A stretch of 63,966 bases of DNA, counting the filler. It is 6 parts of 6 records of this genome, joined end to end, with 100 filler letters (N's around TTAATTAATTAA, not from the genome) between each part and the next. Parts side by side here need not be neighbours in the genome. Positions count along the whole stretch, not along the records: positions 1 to 9,026 come from SRR2962707_1500; positions 9,127 to 28,955 come from SRR2962707_1501; 4 more parts are not named here. The stretch is one strand, 5' to 3'. A program made the position numbers and the translations under genes. Each line of letters starts with the position of its first letter. Position 1 is the stretch's first letter. The notes under the pieces are model-generated. The model was not told the DNA's origin and did not search any database. It saw nothing but the letters and a program-made list of their open reading frames with translations. This document shows positions 1-9,152 of this stretch, piece after piece.

Positions 1-631
1 AATCACGACAAGTTTCTCTGACAACGCCCATCAGCATCCTTTGTTTAACTTCTTTTAATTCTTCTTCATCAATCGGGCCTTTAAAACGGACAGTATTGTC
101 ATACTCAATCTCGACATCGTCTGGATGAGGAAGAAACTGATCTTCTTTTGGCTCAATGCCCTGCTTGCTCAATTGTTCCAGTTCTTGGTAACTGCGCTCT
201 TTATAAGCCCTCCATAGCTCCGCCCTGTTAGCACGCTTTATCTGGTCCTTTTGCTGTGCGCGTTCCATGCGGTTTTGTAGGTCCCTGATGGCAAGTGCGT
301 TGCCTTTGAAAGCCGCTTGTGTTGCCGCACTGGTTAAGGCCTCAAGACCCGTCATCTTGATCGTTTCGCCGCCAATCTTTGCAGTTATCTCGCGATTGGC
401 GAACGCCAATATGCTTTGATCAATTGCCAGTTCATCGGGCGATGTTTGTTGGCTCTTTGTTGCCTTCTTCGGCCTGCCATTTGGATTGCCCGATTGGCCT
501 TTTTGAAAGCGGGTGTCGCGCTTTTCAGTTTGTGGTTTGGGCTCCAGTCCCATCATGGCTTGCTTCATGCGTTCTGCGTCAAGTTCTGGACCAGCGTTTG
601 GCTGTGGCTTGTTAGTTGGCTTATCGCTCAT
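1..631 (-). CDS. DUF5681-family protein (terminase small subunit-like), runs off the window start
   Basis: Manual minus-strand translation from ATG at 631 (GGAG upstream) gives MSDKPTNKPQPNAGPELDAERMKQAMMGLEPKPQTEKRDTRFQKGQSGNPNGRPKK...REITAKIGGETIKMTGLEAL...AFKGN. TRF(Q/K)KGQSGNPxGRP is the DUF5681 signature. It is missing from the ORF track because no stop was found inside the window. Confidence 0.8.
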   Translation of the reverse strand, partial: MSDKPTNKPQPNAGPELDAERMKQAMMGLEPKPQTEKRDTRFQKGQSGNPNGRPKKATKSQQTSPDELAIDQSILAFANREITAKIGGETIKMTGLEALTSAATQAAFKGNALAIRDLQNRMERAQQKDQIKRANRAELWRAYKERSYQELEQLSKQGIEPKEDQFLPHPDDVEIEYDNTVRFKGPIDEEELKEVKQRMLMGVVRETCRD

Positions 632-2008
632 TGCTGTTCTCCAACTCGTTGCTGCGGGACATTTGGATGTCTGAGTTTAGGCCTGTGTTTGTCTGCATTG
701 ATGTTGTCGCTGCCATTTGCTGCAAATCATCGAAGCTTGTTCCAGATTGCTCCAATATCGCTCTGTTACCCGTCAGCTTCTGCCAGCGCTTGATAATCGT
801 GTCACAATAGATGGGTTCATATTCTAAGATGTATGATGCCTGCCGGTGCGCTGAGCTGCAATCAGCGTTGAGCCAGAGCCTGCAAATATATCAAGCACGA
901 TGTCCCTTCGCCGTGAGCAGTCTTTGATCGCATCTTCAATCATCGCTACTGGCTTAACAGTTGGATGCATTTCTAGCTCATCGCCGCGTGTGGCGCTCAT
1001 AGAGCTTATGCCTGCATAGTCCCAGACATTAGTTCGGTATCTTCCCGTATCACCAAGACCGAATGAATTGGTATGAGGGGCTGTGCCCTTCTTATAGACA
1101 AACACCAATTCATGCTTGGAGCGATAGAAGCTGCCCATACCGCCATTGGTCTTATTCCAAACGCATAGGTTCTTGAGTTCATCAAAGGCCACATCGCCTG
1201 CGTCCATCACCTCGCGCATATGGCGCCAGTCCATACACACATAGGCAATAGCCCCATCTTTGGAAACGGATGCTGCATTGCTTAGCGTCGTTGTTAGAAA
1301 CTGCGTGAATTCCAACGTGGACATTTCGCCAGAGGCAAAGGCGAACTCTTTGTGTTTGATACTGCCCTTGCCGCAGACATTGCCATCAATCTCCACTTTG
1401 TAAGGTGGGTCAGTGAATATCAGATCGACCTTCCCTCCCCCAACAAGCCTATCAACATCTGCTTTGCTTTGCGCATCACCGCATAGCAGTCGGTGATTAC
1501 CCAGCAGCCACAGATCGCCGCGCTTTGTTATGGGATCGCCAGCTTCAACTTCTGGCACCTCATCTGCCTCATCGTTTTCACCAGCCTTCTTGCCCGCAAA
1601 GCTTAGCGCCAGATCAATCTCAGCCAATTCAAAGCCGGTGAACTCCACATCGAACTCAAGATCAATCAGCCCCTGTAGCTCTATGGCCAAGATCTCTTCA
1701 TCCCAGCCTGCATTCAGCGCCAGCTTATTATCCGCCAAAATATACGCTCTGCGCTCAACCTCATCCAAATGAGAAAGCAGCAGGGTTGGTACTTGCCCCA
1801 TACCCAGCAGCTCAGCTGCCCTCACCCGTCCATGGCCAGCAATGATGCTTGCATCATCTGAGATCAAAACCGGATTGGTAAACCCAAACCGTTCAATGCT
1901 TTTGGCAATCTGTTTGATCTGGCGCCGTGAATGGGTACGGGCGTTGTTTGCATAAGGCGTCAATTCTTCAATTGATCGATATTGTATCTTTAAATCCTGA
2001 TGGGTCAT
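621..2008 (-). pseudogene. ParB/Srx-domain DNA modification methylase (N4/N6), frameshifted near 840
   Basis: ORF 824..2008 has a ParB-like N-terminus (PYANNARTH, IIAGHGR, ADNK), DPPY and DIFAGSGSTLIAA. It stops at TGRHHTS*, but the expected C-terminus (ILEYEPIYCDTIIKRWQKLTG...) continues in another frame to TAA at 621-623, overlapping the DUF5681 start. Confidence 0.8.
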
Positions 2009-2197
2009 CTTTATCCGCTTTCATCTATGCAAGGACCGTCCAAAGTCCTGCTTTTTGAGTTACGGATAGACTATGCGCGTCGACCAACCATTTGAATCCC
2101 CCTCACCGGCGCCAGAGGCACCCTCAGCGCGCGAACGAGGTACTAAATGAGACAAAGTTGCCTTGGGTTTTAAATGACCCTGAAACACGTTTAAAAG

Positions 2198-2227
2198 GCC
2201 TTTAAATTTGATCGAAAATTTAAAGGC
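2198..2227. repeat. Perfect 12-bp inverted repeat GCCTTTAAATTT-N6-AAATTTAAAGGC
   Basis: Read directly from the sequence, in the AT-rich intergenic region between the ogl-like gene and the methylase. Confidence 0.6.
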
Positions 2228-2361
2228 ACTCAAAGCCCCCACTTTGAGACAAACATTCCTGTGGATAACGCCCAACCGGCATAGGCGGCTATAATCACTC
2301 CAAGAGCTCAAGCAGCAAATTCAAATGTAAAAACAGCGTTACACCGTTCTTGGAAGTTGCC

Positions 2362-3450
2362 TTAGTCGGATGAATTCACTACATAGACCTGCGCATGCCC
2401 GCTCCGATCTGATGTAAAAACAATCTGTTTGCCATCCGGTGAAAATCGCGGATGCGGATGGGTATGCTGAGGAGCGTAAACGCTCACGGGACCTTTTGCG
2501 TAAGGAAACGGCTTAGCCCAATGCTCGCCTTTGGAACTTGCGTGTGGCGAATGTAGAAATGTTGGCAAGTCCTCGCGGTTGCTGGTCAAGTTTATCCGAT
2601 GAAGACCTCGGTCCGGAAAATTGGTGTCGCATACTAGTTGATTTCCTAAACGGTCTGGCGCGCCATGCCAGGCAGGGAAATCCGATAAATACCTGACCGC
2701 GCCAGTACCGGTATCAATTTCCCCAACACCGTTCGGCCAGTCGACAAACAAGATGCTGCGATGACCTGGTCTCCAAACTTCATGGGTGATCCATTGAAGC
2801 TCGTGCGTACGCTGATGCATGCGCCGGTCTTTCGCACCTGAGCGGTCAGTCACCCAGACCCGGTCGGTCATCGGGCCAGCATAAAGGATCATGTCGTCAT
2901 CGTCGGGGCAAAATTGCGGGTGGCCGATGGTCGCCTTTTCTAGGAAGATATTTGACAAGCCATTTTCAGTGTCAATCATCCGGAATTGCGTGATCTTACC
3001 GCTGCGAACCGGCACGGCCCACCAGCGCCCGCTTGCTGACAGCGCTGTTGTACCCATAGCCGCACCAACCATACCTTGCTCGCGCATTTCGGCTGCATCA
3101 AAACGCACGAGACATTCGGTTTCACCATTGAATGGACTGACCCGATATCCAGCTTGACCAGCAATATAATAAATCCAGCGCCCGTCACGCGACGGAATGA
3201 CCGACCATTCTGCAAGGTTCTCCTCATCAGTGAGCTGGATTAGTTCATAACCGTCCTGCAGCTCAATGAAAATTTGTGGCTTGCCGGTACGATGCGAGAT
3301 CAACACCATATGGTGCATGCTATCATCGAAAGCCTCAACAAAGAAAAACGGCTGATGGTGGATCGAGGGATGAGACGTTACTTGACGAATTAACCTCTCA
3401 TTTTGATCTCGAAAAGACCGACTCTCAACTGGCCAAACCGTCCACACCAT
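2362..3450 (-). CDS. Oligogalacturonate lyase (PL22)-like beta-propeller protein
   Basis: Motifs GHPQFCP, THEVW and QHTHPHPRFSPDGKQIVFTSD match the Ogl/PL22 catalytic His and metal-binding Q/H/H pattern. No signal peptide. Confidence 0.75.
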   Translation of the reverse strand: MVWTVWPVESRSFRDQNERLIRQVTSHPSIHHQPFFFVEAFDDSMHHMVLISHRTGKPQIFIELQDGYELIQLTDEENLAEWSVIPSRDGRWIYYIAGQAGYRVSPFNGETECLVRFDAAEMREQGMVGAAMGTTALSASGRWWAVPVRSGKITQFRMIDTENGLSNIFLEKATIGHPQFCPDDDDMILYAGPMTDRVWVTDRSGAKDRRMHQRTHELQWITHEVWRPGHRSILFVDWPNGVGEIDTGTGAVRYLSDFPAWHGAPDRLGNQLVCDTNFPDRGLHRINLTSNREDLPTFLHSPHASSKGEHWAKPFPYAKGPVSVYAPQHTHPHPRFSPDGKQIVFTSDRSGHAQVYVVNSSD

Positions 3451-3453
3451 CGA

Positions 3454-5364
3454 CTATTCCGCCACTTGGACAAACAAGTGAGAGCCAAGGCGCCCAGAGT
3501 GTATTCGTGATGCAAGGAAAACGGACACCACGCCCCCCCAGCCAATGACCATGGCTGCGAACCAAATTGCGGATCCTGCCGGTTCAATAACTGCGACAAG
3601 ACCAGCTAACCCAATAGCAGCACGCAACACCATCGATATCGGTTTGCCGCACCAACCACCAAATGCGATAGCCCATAAGGCGGTAGATGCCATGAGTGCC
3701 AATGCGCTGCCAGCAATATGTGTTGGGCTTCCCTGAAACAGGATGCCAGTATCAAAAACAAAGCCGAAAGGGATGAAGAACGCAACCAAGCTCAGTCCGA
3801 ATGCAGACATGCTGGTTTTCATTGCGGAGGCTTTGCCGACTCCAGCTGCAGCAAACGAGGCCAGAGCGACAGGTGGCGTGACCATCGAGAGTACACAATA
3901 GTAGAAGATGAAAAAGTGCGCGGCGAGTGGTTCCAATCCCAGCTTCTGCATCGCTGGTACATACAAAACCGCTCCTATTATGTAGGCCGCGACCGTTGGC
4001 AGTCCCATCCCCATGATAATGCATCCAAGCATCGCCATAGCAAGGGATGCGTAGATTGACCCTTCAGCCAGCGACAAAAGTGACCCAGCGAATTTCAAGG
4101 CAAGATTAGACTGTACAGCAACCGCGATGACGAGCCCGATCGCAGCGATGGGAACGGCCACGTCGGCGGCTTGTTTCGGCGCTTCGCGTAGGCCAGCGAC
4201 TAAATCCTTGACACCAATCCAAGTAGATCTACGCAGGAATGGCGCGATCAAACAGACTAGCGTGGCAATCACTGCCGAATAGGACGCAGAATAACCTCCA
4301 ATCAGAGCACCAATCAAAATGATAGGCGGCAGGAGTAAGTGAATGCGTGGCCAAATCGCAGCTGTCGCCGCAACTTCCTGAGCGGTCAACGCGCGCTGGC
4401 CGCCGCGTCGCGCGGAAAGGTCTACAACCAGCAAGAGCGCAAGATAAAATGCGACAGCTGGGATGAGCCCTGCAAGTGCGATGTCACTATAGGGCATATT
4501 AAGCATTTCAGCCATTATGAAGGCCGCAACTCCCATAACCGGCGGCATCAGTTGCCCTCCAGTTGAGGCGATCGCCTCAACACCAGACGCTTGGTGAGCC
4601 TTGAGGCCGCAGCGTTTCATCAGTGGTATAGTGAAGACGCCGGTGGACACAACGTTGGCTACTGCGCTTCCAGATATCGACCCCATCAAGCTCGACGCGA
4701 TGATAGCGGTTTTGGAAGTACCACCGACAGCCCTGCCTGCCAGACGTATCGCGAGATCAATAAAGAGCTGGCCGCCGCCAATTGCAGCGTAAAAGGCTCC
4801 GAAAAGGATGAAGTAGAATACGAAATCTACAGAAGTGGATGTAGTGATCCCGAGCACGCCAGCTGTCGTCATCGCGGTAATTTCTATGGCCGCATCCAAT
4901 TCGAACCCACGGAATGATAGCCAACCGGGCAGCGAATTGCCGAGGAAAGCATAAGCGATAAAAACCAGCAATACGCCGACGAGGATCCAACCAACTGCGC
5001 GGCGGGCACCTTCGAGGAGAAGCACAACGAGCGCTACACCAGCCCAGATGTCAATCGAGAAGATCGGCGAAACGTTTTCCATACGTGTCGTCAACCGGTC
5101 GAACTCAACAAGATAATAGGCGCCCACGCACAGCGTCATGGCAATAAGAAATGCGTCCACTACGACACCGAATGGTTTTGGAAGCCACTCTGCATGAAAT
5201 GGGCGGTAAATAAATACTAGAACTAATGCAAAGACGAGGTGAACCGGACGCTGAAGCATCGGCTGCTGCGCATCAAACAGTATCCAAATTTGAAAAGCAG
5301 TAAAAAGCAAACCAATTAGGAATGCAGGTGACCGAAGAGCGGTTTTCAGTGTTTCCAGTTGCAT
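3454..5364 (-). CDS. TRAP transporter fused 4TM/12TM permease (TAXI type)
   Basis: 636 aa, highly hydrophobic; SGSAVANVVSTGVFTIPLM, ASTGGQLMPPVMG, GMGLPT, TPPVALA. Confidence 0.93.
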   Translation of the reverse strand: MQLETLKTALRSPAFLIGLLFTAFQIWILFDAQQPMLQRPVHLVFALVLVFIYRPFHAEWLPKPFGVVVDAFLIAMTLCVGAYYLVEFDRLTTRMENVSPIFSIDIWAGVALVVLLLEGARRAVGWILVGVLLVFIAYAFLGNSLPGWLSFRGFELDAAIEITAMTTAGVLGITTSTSVDFVFYFILFGAFYAAIGGGQLFIDLAIRLAGRAVGGTSKTAIIASSLMGSISGSAVANVVSTGVFTIPLMKRCGLKAHQASGVEAIASTGGQLMPPVMGVAAFIMAEMLNMPYSDIALAGLIPAVAFYLALLLVVDLSARRGGQRALTAQEVAATAAIWPRIHLLLPPIILIGALIGGYSASYSAVIATLVCLIAPFLRRSTWIGVKDLVAGLREAPKQAADVAVPIAAIGLVIAVAVQSNLALKFAGSLLSLAEGSIYASLAMAMLGCIIMGMGLPTVAAYIIGAVLYVPAMQKLGLEPLAAHFFIFYYCVLSMVTPPVALASFAAAGVGKASAMKTSMSAFGLSLVAFFIPFGFVFDTGILFQGSPTHIAGSALALMASTALWAIAFGGWCGKPISMVLRAAIGLAGLVAVIEPAGSAIWFAAMVIGWGGVVSVFLASRIHSGRLGSHLFVQVAE

Positions 5365-5429
5365 AACTCATCCTCCCAAGTTGAACAGAATTGGCGGGAC
5401 GCCAAGTGAACCGGCGCCCCGAAAGCGGA

Positions 5430-6428
5430 TTATTGGATCCAGCCACGTTCTTTGTAATAACGCAAAGCGCCAGGGTGCAATTCGATCCCAACGTTCTCCG
5501 GCTTCCAGGATTCCTCGGCCTTGAACGACTTCCAGGCGGCATGTGCCTCACCAAGCGCCTGAGCGTTTTCCACCAGTGTCTTGGTTATCAAATATGCAGT
5601 TTCATCATCGAGTGAAGCGTTAGCAATAAGTACTGTACCTAAATTTGCACCAGTATTTGCTTCGGTCTGGTCGTCAAACCATGGGCCATATGTGCCAGGC
5701 CGCAGACCATTCTTTTCGAGCAGATCCATCGCTTCCTGAGGAATATTCAGAAACACCATGTCGGCTGTCAGATTGACTTCCGTAATGGTTGGATGTCCCT
5801 TAATCATCGTGTCTACATATACATCTGCATTGCCGTTCCGCAGTGCGTCGGCAATCTGGCCTTCAGCTAGTTGGATTATGTCACCACCATCTGCCTTCAA
5901 TTTGTCGAAACTGGAACCGTAAGCTTCCAAGATCATCTGCGCTGCAGGAACTGCGCTTGAACCAGTTGGTTTCAGTAGCAGCCGTATGGGTTTGCCAGAC
6001 TTAATAATAGTACCGAGATCATTGGTTCCTGCCCCATCGATGAATTCTTTGCGGGCCATTACGCCTACATAGACATTATTTAGACCGCCGACGAGTGCGC
6101 GAATATCTGGAGCAGAGGCTCCTTCATAGATAGATGCCCCTTCCTTGGCCCAGACAGCAGTTGCCACGTTTGACAATGCGATTTCCGCCTTGCCACTTTC
6201 TACAACCATCGGATTGGCAACACCGCCGCCGCGGGCGATCACTTCCACGGTATTGTCGCCTAGTATTGGTTCTATCAATTGCTCAAGCGTCGCAGCAAAC
6301 ACGTACCAGGACGAGCCCTCGCGCATGGCGCCAATGCGAATGTCACGTGCGAATGCAGATGTCACGGCTGACATTGCAGTCAGCAGTATTGTTGCGACTA
6401 TTAGATACTTCTTTGATTGAAAATTCAT
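5430..6428 (-). CDS. TAXI-family TRAP solute-binding protein
   Basis: Signal peptide; C-terminal LHPGALRYYKERGW is typical of TAXI SBPs; lies next to the fused permease. Confidence 0.92.
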   Translation of the reverse strand: MNFQSKKYLIVATILLTAMSAVTSAFARDIRIGAMREGSSWYVFAATLEQLIEPILGDNTVEVIARGGGVANPMVVESGKAEIALSNVATAVWAKEGASIYEGASAPDIRALVGGLNNVYVGVMARKEFIDGAGTNDLGTIIKSGKPIRLLLKPTGSSAVPAAQMILEAYGSSFDKLKADGGDIIQLAEGQIADALRNGNADVYVDTMIKGHPTITEVNLTADMVFLNIPQEAMDLLEKNGLRPGTYGPWFDDQTEANTGANLGTVLIANASLDDETAYLITKTLVENAQALGEAHAAWKSFKAEESWKPENVGIELHPGALRYYKERGWIQ

Positions 6429-6483
6429 ATCGGTTCCTCCCGAAAAAATTTAGCCTCCGCCCAAGGGCGGACGCTGTAAATTG

Positions 6484-7422
6484 TTAAGCGGCCATCATTT
6501 TGTCAACGCGGCCAATACCAGCAGCTTCGAATGCAGCTTCGATTTCTCGTTCCGCAGCGGCGCCGAGATCCTTCAGCGGTTCGCGGATCGTGGCATTGTC
6601 AAGCAGACCACGATAACGCATACCGATCTTGAGAGCGACAGTTCCTTCCATATGTGAACCACGGTGATATACAGCGCGTGTAACTGGCAGAAGCTGCTCA
6701 AACACTTTGCGCGCAGTAGGATAGTCCTGTGCTTTGCCTGCCTTGATTAACTCGATCAAGAGCTCAGGTGCGATGTTTCCGTAGCCAACCAGAAGACCGT
6801 CAACATCGAACATTGTAGGCAGCAGCCACTCATCATGGCAGGAAAGAATCTGCAGGTCCGGCTGAGCCTTCTTAAGTTCCGGGATTTCTACATACCAACG
6901 CTTCATGTTACGCACGCCATTCTTGGTCGCGACCACACCTTCTTGTGCAGCAATTGCGAGCTGCGTATCTAGATCGTAGCTTGCTTTTGTTGCGTCTGGA
7001 TACTGGAAAAGAATGCACTGCAAGCCTGAATTTTCATAGATAGCCTTGTAGCGATCCTGCGGCGCACCCTTCTGGAAGCCGAAACGCAACCAACCGTGGT
7101 TAGGATAGACAAGCGCGCCAGTCGCACCTGCTTCGCGGCATTTCTTTGCCTCAGCCGCAGCTACTTTTGTACCTTCGCCGGTAATACCAGCGATAATCGG
7201 GATATCGACTGCGCCTGCATAGGCGCGGATTAGGTCGAGGCGCTCACCTTCTGTTAGAAAGGTGCCCTCACCTGCATGGCCCAAAATGACCAACGACTTA
7301 ACATCCTCAAAAGATGCGAGCCATTTCGCAATGCGAATATTAGCATCGAAATCGATCTCACCGTCACGGGTAAACGCTGTAACCGGCGCTGGGCTAAGCC
7401 CTCTAAGATCCATAGTAGACAT
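6484..7422 (-). CDS. Dihydrodipicolinate synthase/N-acetylneuraminate lyase-family aldolase or dehydratase
   Basis: PVTAF..DGEID, LGHAGEG, IIAGI and the Schiff-base Lys in VATKNG. Not a canonical DapA (lacks GTTGE). Confidence 0.88.
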   Translation of the reverse strand: MSTMDLRGLSPAPVTAFTRDGEIDFDANIRIAKWLASFEDVKSLVILGHAGEGTFLTEGERLDLIRAYAGAVDIPIIAGITGEGTKVAAAEAKKCREAGATGALVYPNHGWLRFGFQKGAPQDRYKAIYENSGLQCILFQYPDATKASYDLDTQLAIAAQEGVVATKNGVRNMKRWYVEIPELKKAQPDLQILSCHDEWLLPTMFDVDGLLVGYGNIAPELLIELIKAGKAQDYPTARKVFEQLLPVTRAVYHRGSHMEGTVALKIGMRYRGLLDNATIREPLKDLGAAAEREIEAAFEAAGIGRVDKMMAA

Positions 7423-7447
7423 ATTTTTCTCCTCAGCTTGATACTAT

Positions 7448-7463
7448 ATGGGAACGTTCCCAT
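7448..7463. promoter_or_regulatory. LacI-family operator 1, ATGGGAACGTTCCCAT
   Basis: Perfect 16-bp palindrome with central AACGTT, between the divergent DHDPS-family gene and LacI. Confidence 0.8.
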
Positions 7464-7504
7464 TTATGCTCCACCAAACTCCACTAGCAAAACGGGATCG
7501 ATTG

Positions 7505-7518
7505 TGGGAACGTTCCCA
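7505..7518. promoter_or_regulatory. LacI-family operator 2, TGGGAACGTTCCCA
   Basis: Same palindrome core as operator 1, centred 56 bp away. Confidence 0.8.
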
Positions 7519-7594
7519 TAATTAGCTTGACTATTCTGCGAGTCAAGCAGAAATTAAGATCAATGACGGAAAACTTAACGAACAGGGGCGGACA

Positions 7595-8629
7595 TTGGAT
7601 CATACGATTGAAACCGAAGACAAAAAGAGCAGAATAACGATCTTTGATGTCGCAGCAGCGGCGGGCGTTTCAAAATCGACAGTATCGCGTATCCTCGATG
7701 AACGTTTACCCCGATCAGAAAGCGAGACAGCGCGGCGCGTGCGCCGTGTTGCAGAGGAGCTTGGTTATATCCGTGATGTTTCGGCTGCAAGCCTTAGGCG
7801 CGGCAACACCATGACAATCGGCGTCATTGTTCCGCGCCTAACCGACACTGTTATGGCAATTTTATATGAGGCAATTTCTCAAGCGAGCCAGCGTATTGGA
7901 AAATTTGCTGTCGTCGCGACAACCCAAGACAAACCAGATGCCGGACGCGAAGCTGCTGAGAGACTTCTTAATCGAGGCGTAGACGGCTTAATACTGTCCA
8001 CGTCCCGCACTGATGACGATTTTCCCGCAGAGTTGGAACGGCGGGGTGTCGATTATGTCTTGGCGCTTAGAACTGATAGCGTCAGCCCTTCTTCAATCGG
8101 CGACGATCGGCTTGGCGGCTATTTGGCCACTCGCCACCTGATTGACCTAGGGCACCGGCGCATCGGCCTTATTTCGGGACCAGACTACGCGTCAAGCGCG
8201 ATTGAGCGGTTGGCGGGTTACCGGGAAGCGTTGGAAGAGGCTGACATCTCAATTGACCCAGCACTCATTGCCGGTTCCAGTTTCAGCATCGATTCCGGTG
8301 CAAAAGTCGCTGAAAAACTGATGTCTTTGTCTGACCGGCCAACTGCAGTTTTCGCCATAAATGACAACACTGCCATTGGAGCTTTGTCGACTTTCACACG
8401 AATGGGACTGTCAGTCCCCGATGACATTTCACTTGTAGGCTATAACGACATTCCCATCGTTAGCCGCCTACCAATACCACTTACTTCGGTTCGCGTGCCA
8501 TTTGATCAGATCGCTACCGCTTCGCTGGAACTGTTGGAAAGTAGCAAGCGCGGGCATCCTGGCAACATTCGGATGGCGACACCCTCTTTGATCGTCCGTA
8601 AATCAACATCAGCACCAGCGAGGGTTTAA
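7595..8629 (+). CDS. LacI-family transcriptional regulator
   Basis: ITIFDVAAAAGVSKSTVSRIL HTH; HLIDLGHRRIG; VPDDISLVGYND. Confidence 0.95.
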   Translation: MDHTIETEDKKSRITIFDVAAAAGVSKSTVSRILDERLPRSESETARRVRRVAEELGYIRDVSAASLRRGNTMTIGVIVPRLTDTVMAILYEAISQASQRIGKFAVVATTQDKPDAGREAAERLLNRGVDGLILSTSRTDDDFPAELERRGVDYVLALRTDSVSPSSIGDDRLGGYLATRHLIDLGHRRIGLISGPDYASSAIERLAGYREALEEADISIDPALIAGSSFSIDSGAKVAEKLMSLSDRPTAVFAINDNTAIGALSTFTRMGLSVPDDISLVGYNDIPIVSRLPIPLTSVRVPFDQIATASLELLESSKRGHPGNIRMATPSLIVRKSTSAPARV

Positions 8630-9026
8630 AGGGGAATTGTCAGCGGAAAACAAAATGCAAAATGGGGTCGCGGTGATTTTCAAATCATCAGAACCACGTT
8701 CACATGAATCGGAGATTAGGGGCTGAAGGTCAACGGGGATTGAGTTGCTCGTTCTCAGTTCCTACTCTACCCTTGGTGGCGGTCCGATTTTAGGACTGAG
8801 AGAGATAGCTTCCTCGAGGCGCAGCTAAAACGCCAGAGCGAAAACATTACCTCATTCACCTTGCGGCCAACTTGAAGCGCAATGGCCCTGCAGTCAGCCT
8901 GCCTATCGCACCTCATCAGTTTGCGCGTGGTTTAAGCCTCAACCTTCTATTCGTTTTTCTTGTCCTGTTTGCGAAGGTGAGCGCCCTTCTTCTCCAAATA
9001 CCAAAGTTCATCGCTTTCCTTCAGCT

Positions 9027-9126
9027 NNNNNNNNNNNNNNNNNNNNNNNNNNNNNNNNNNNNNNNNNNNNTTAATTAATTAANNNNNNNNNNNNNNNNNN
9101 NNNNNNNNNNNNNNNNNNNNNNNNNN
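9027..9126. other. Artificial contig spacer
   Basis: 44 N + TTAATTAATTAA (stops in all six frames) + 44 N. Confidence 0.98.
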
Positions 9127-9152
9127 ACCACAACAATAACTGTCCACAGGAC

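Noticed and set aside
379..810. Plus-strand ORFs 379-615, 416-793 and 616-810
   Set aside because: The minus strand carries the DUF5681 gene and the methylase tail here.
8630..9026. Possible IS end or gene tail after LacI (minus strand ...LKESDELWYLEKKGAHLRKQDKKNE*)
   Set aside because: Too short and truncated; no transposase or paired inverted repeat is visible.
9071..9082. TTAATTAATTAA recurring five times, as a repeat family or CRISPR-like element
   Set aside because: Always centred in an identical 100-nt N spacer; it is a six-frame-stop linker.
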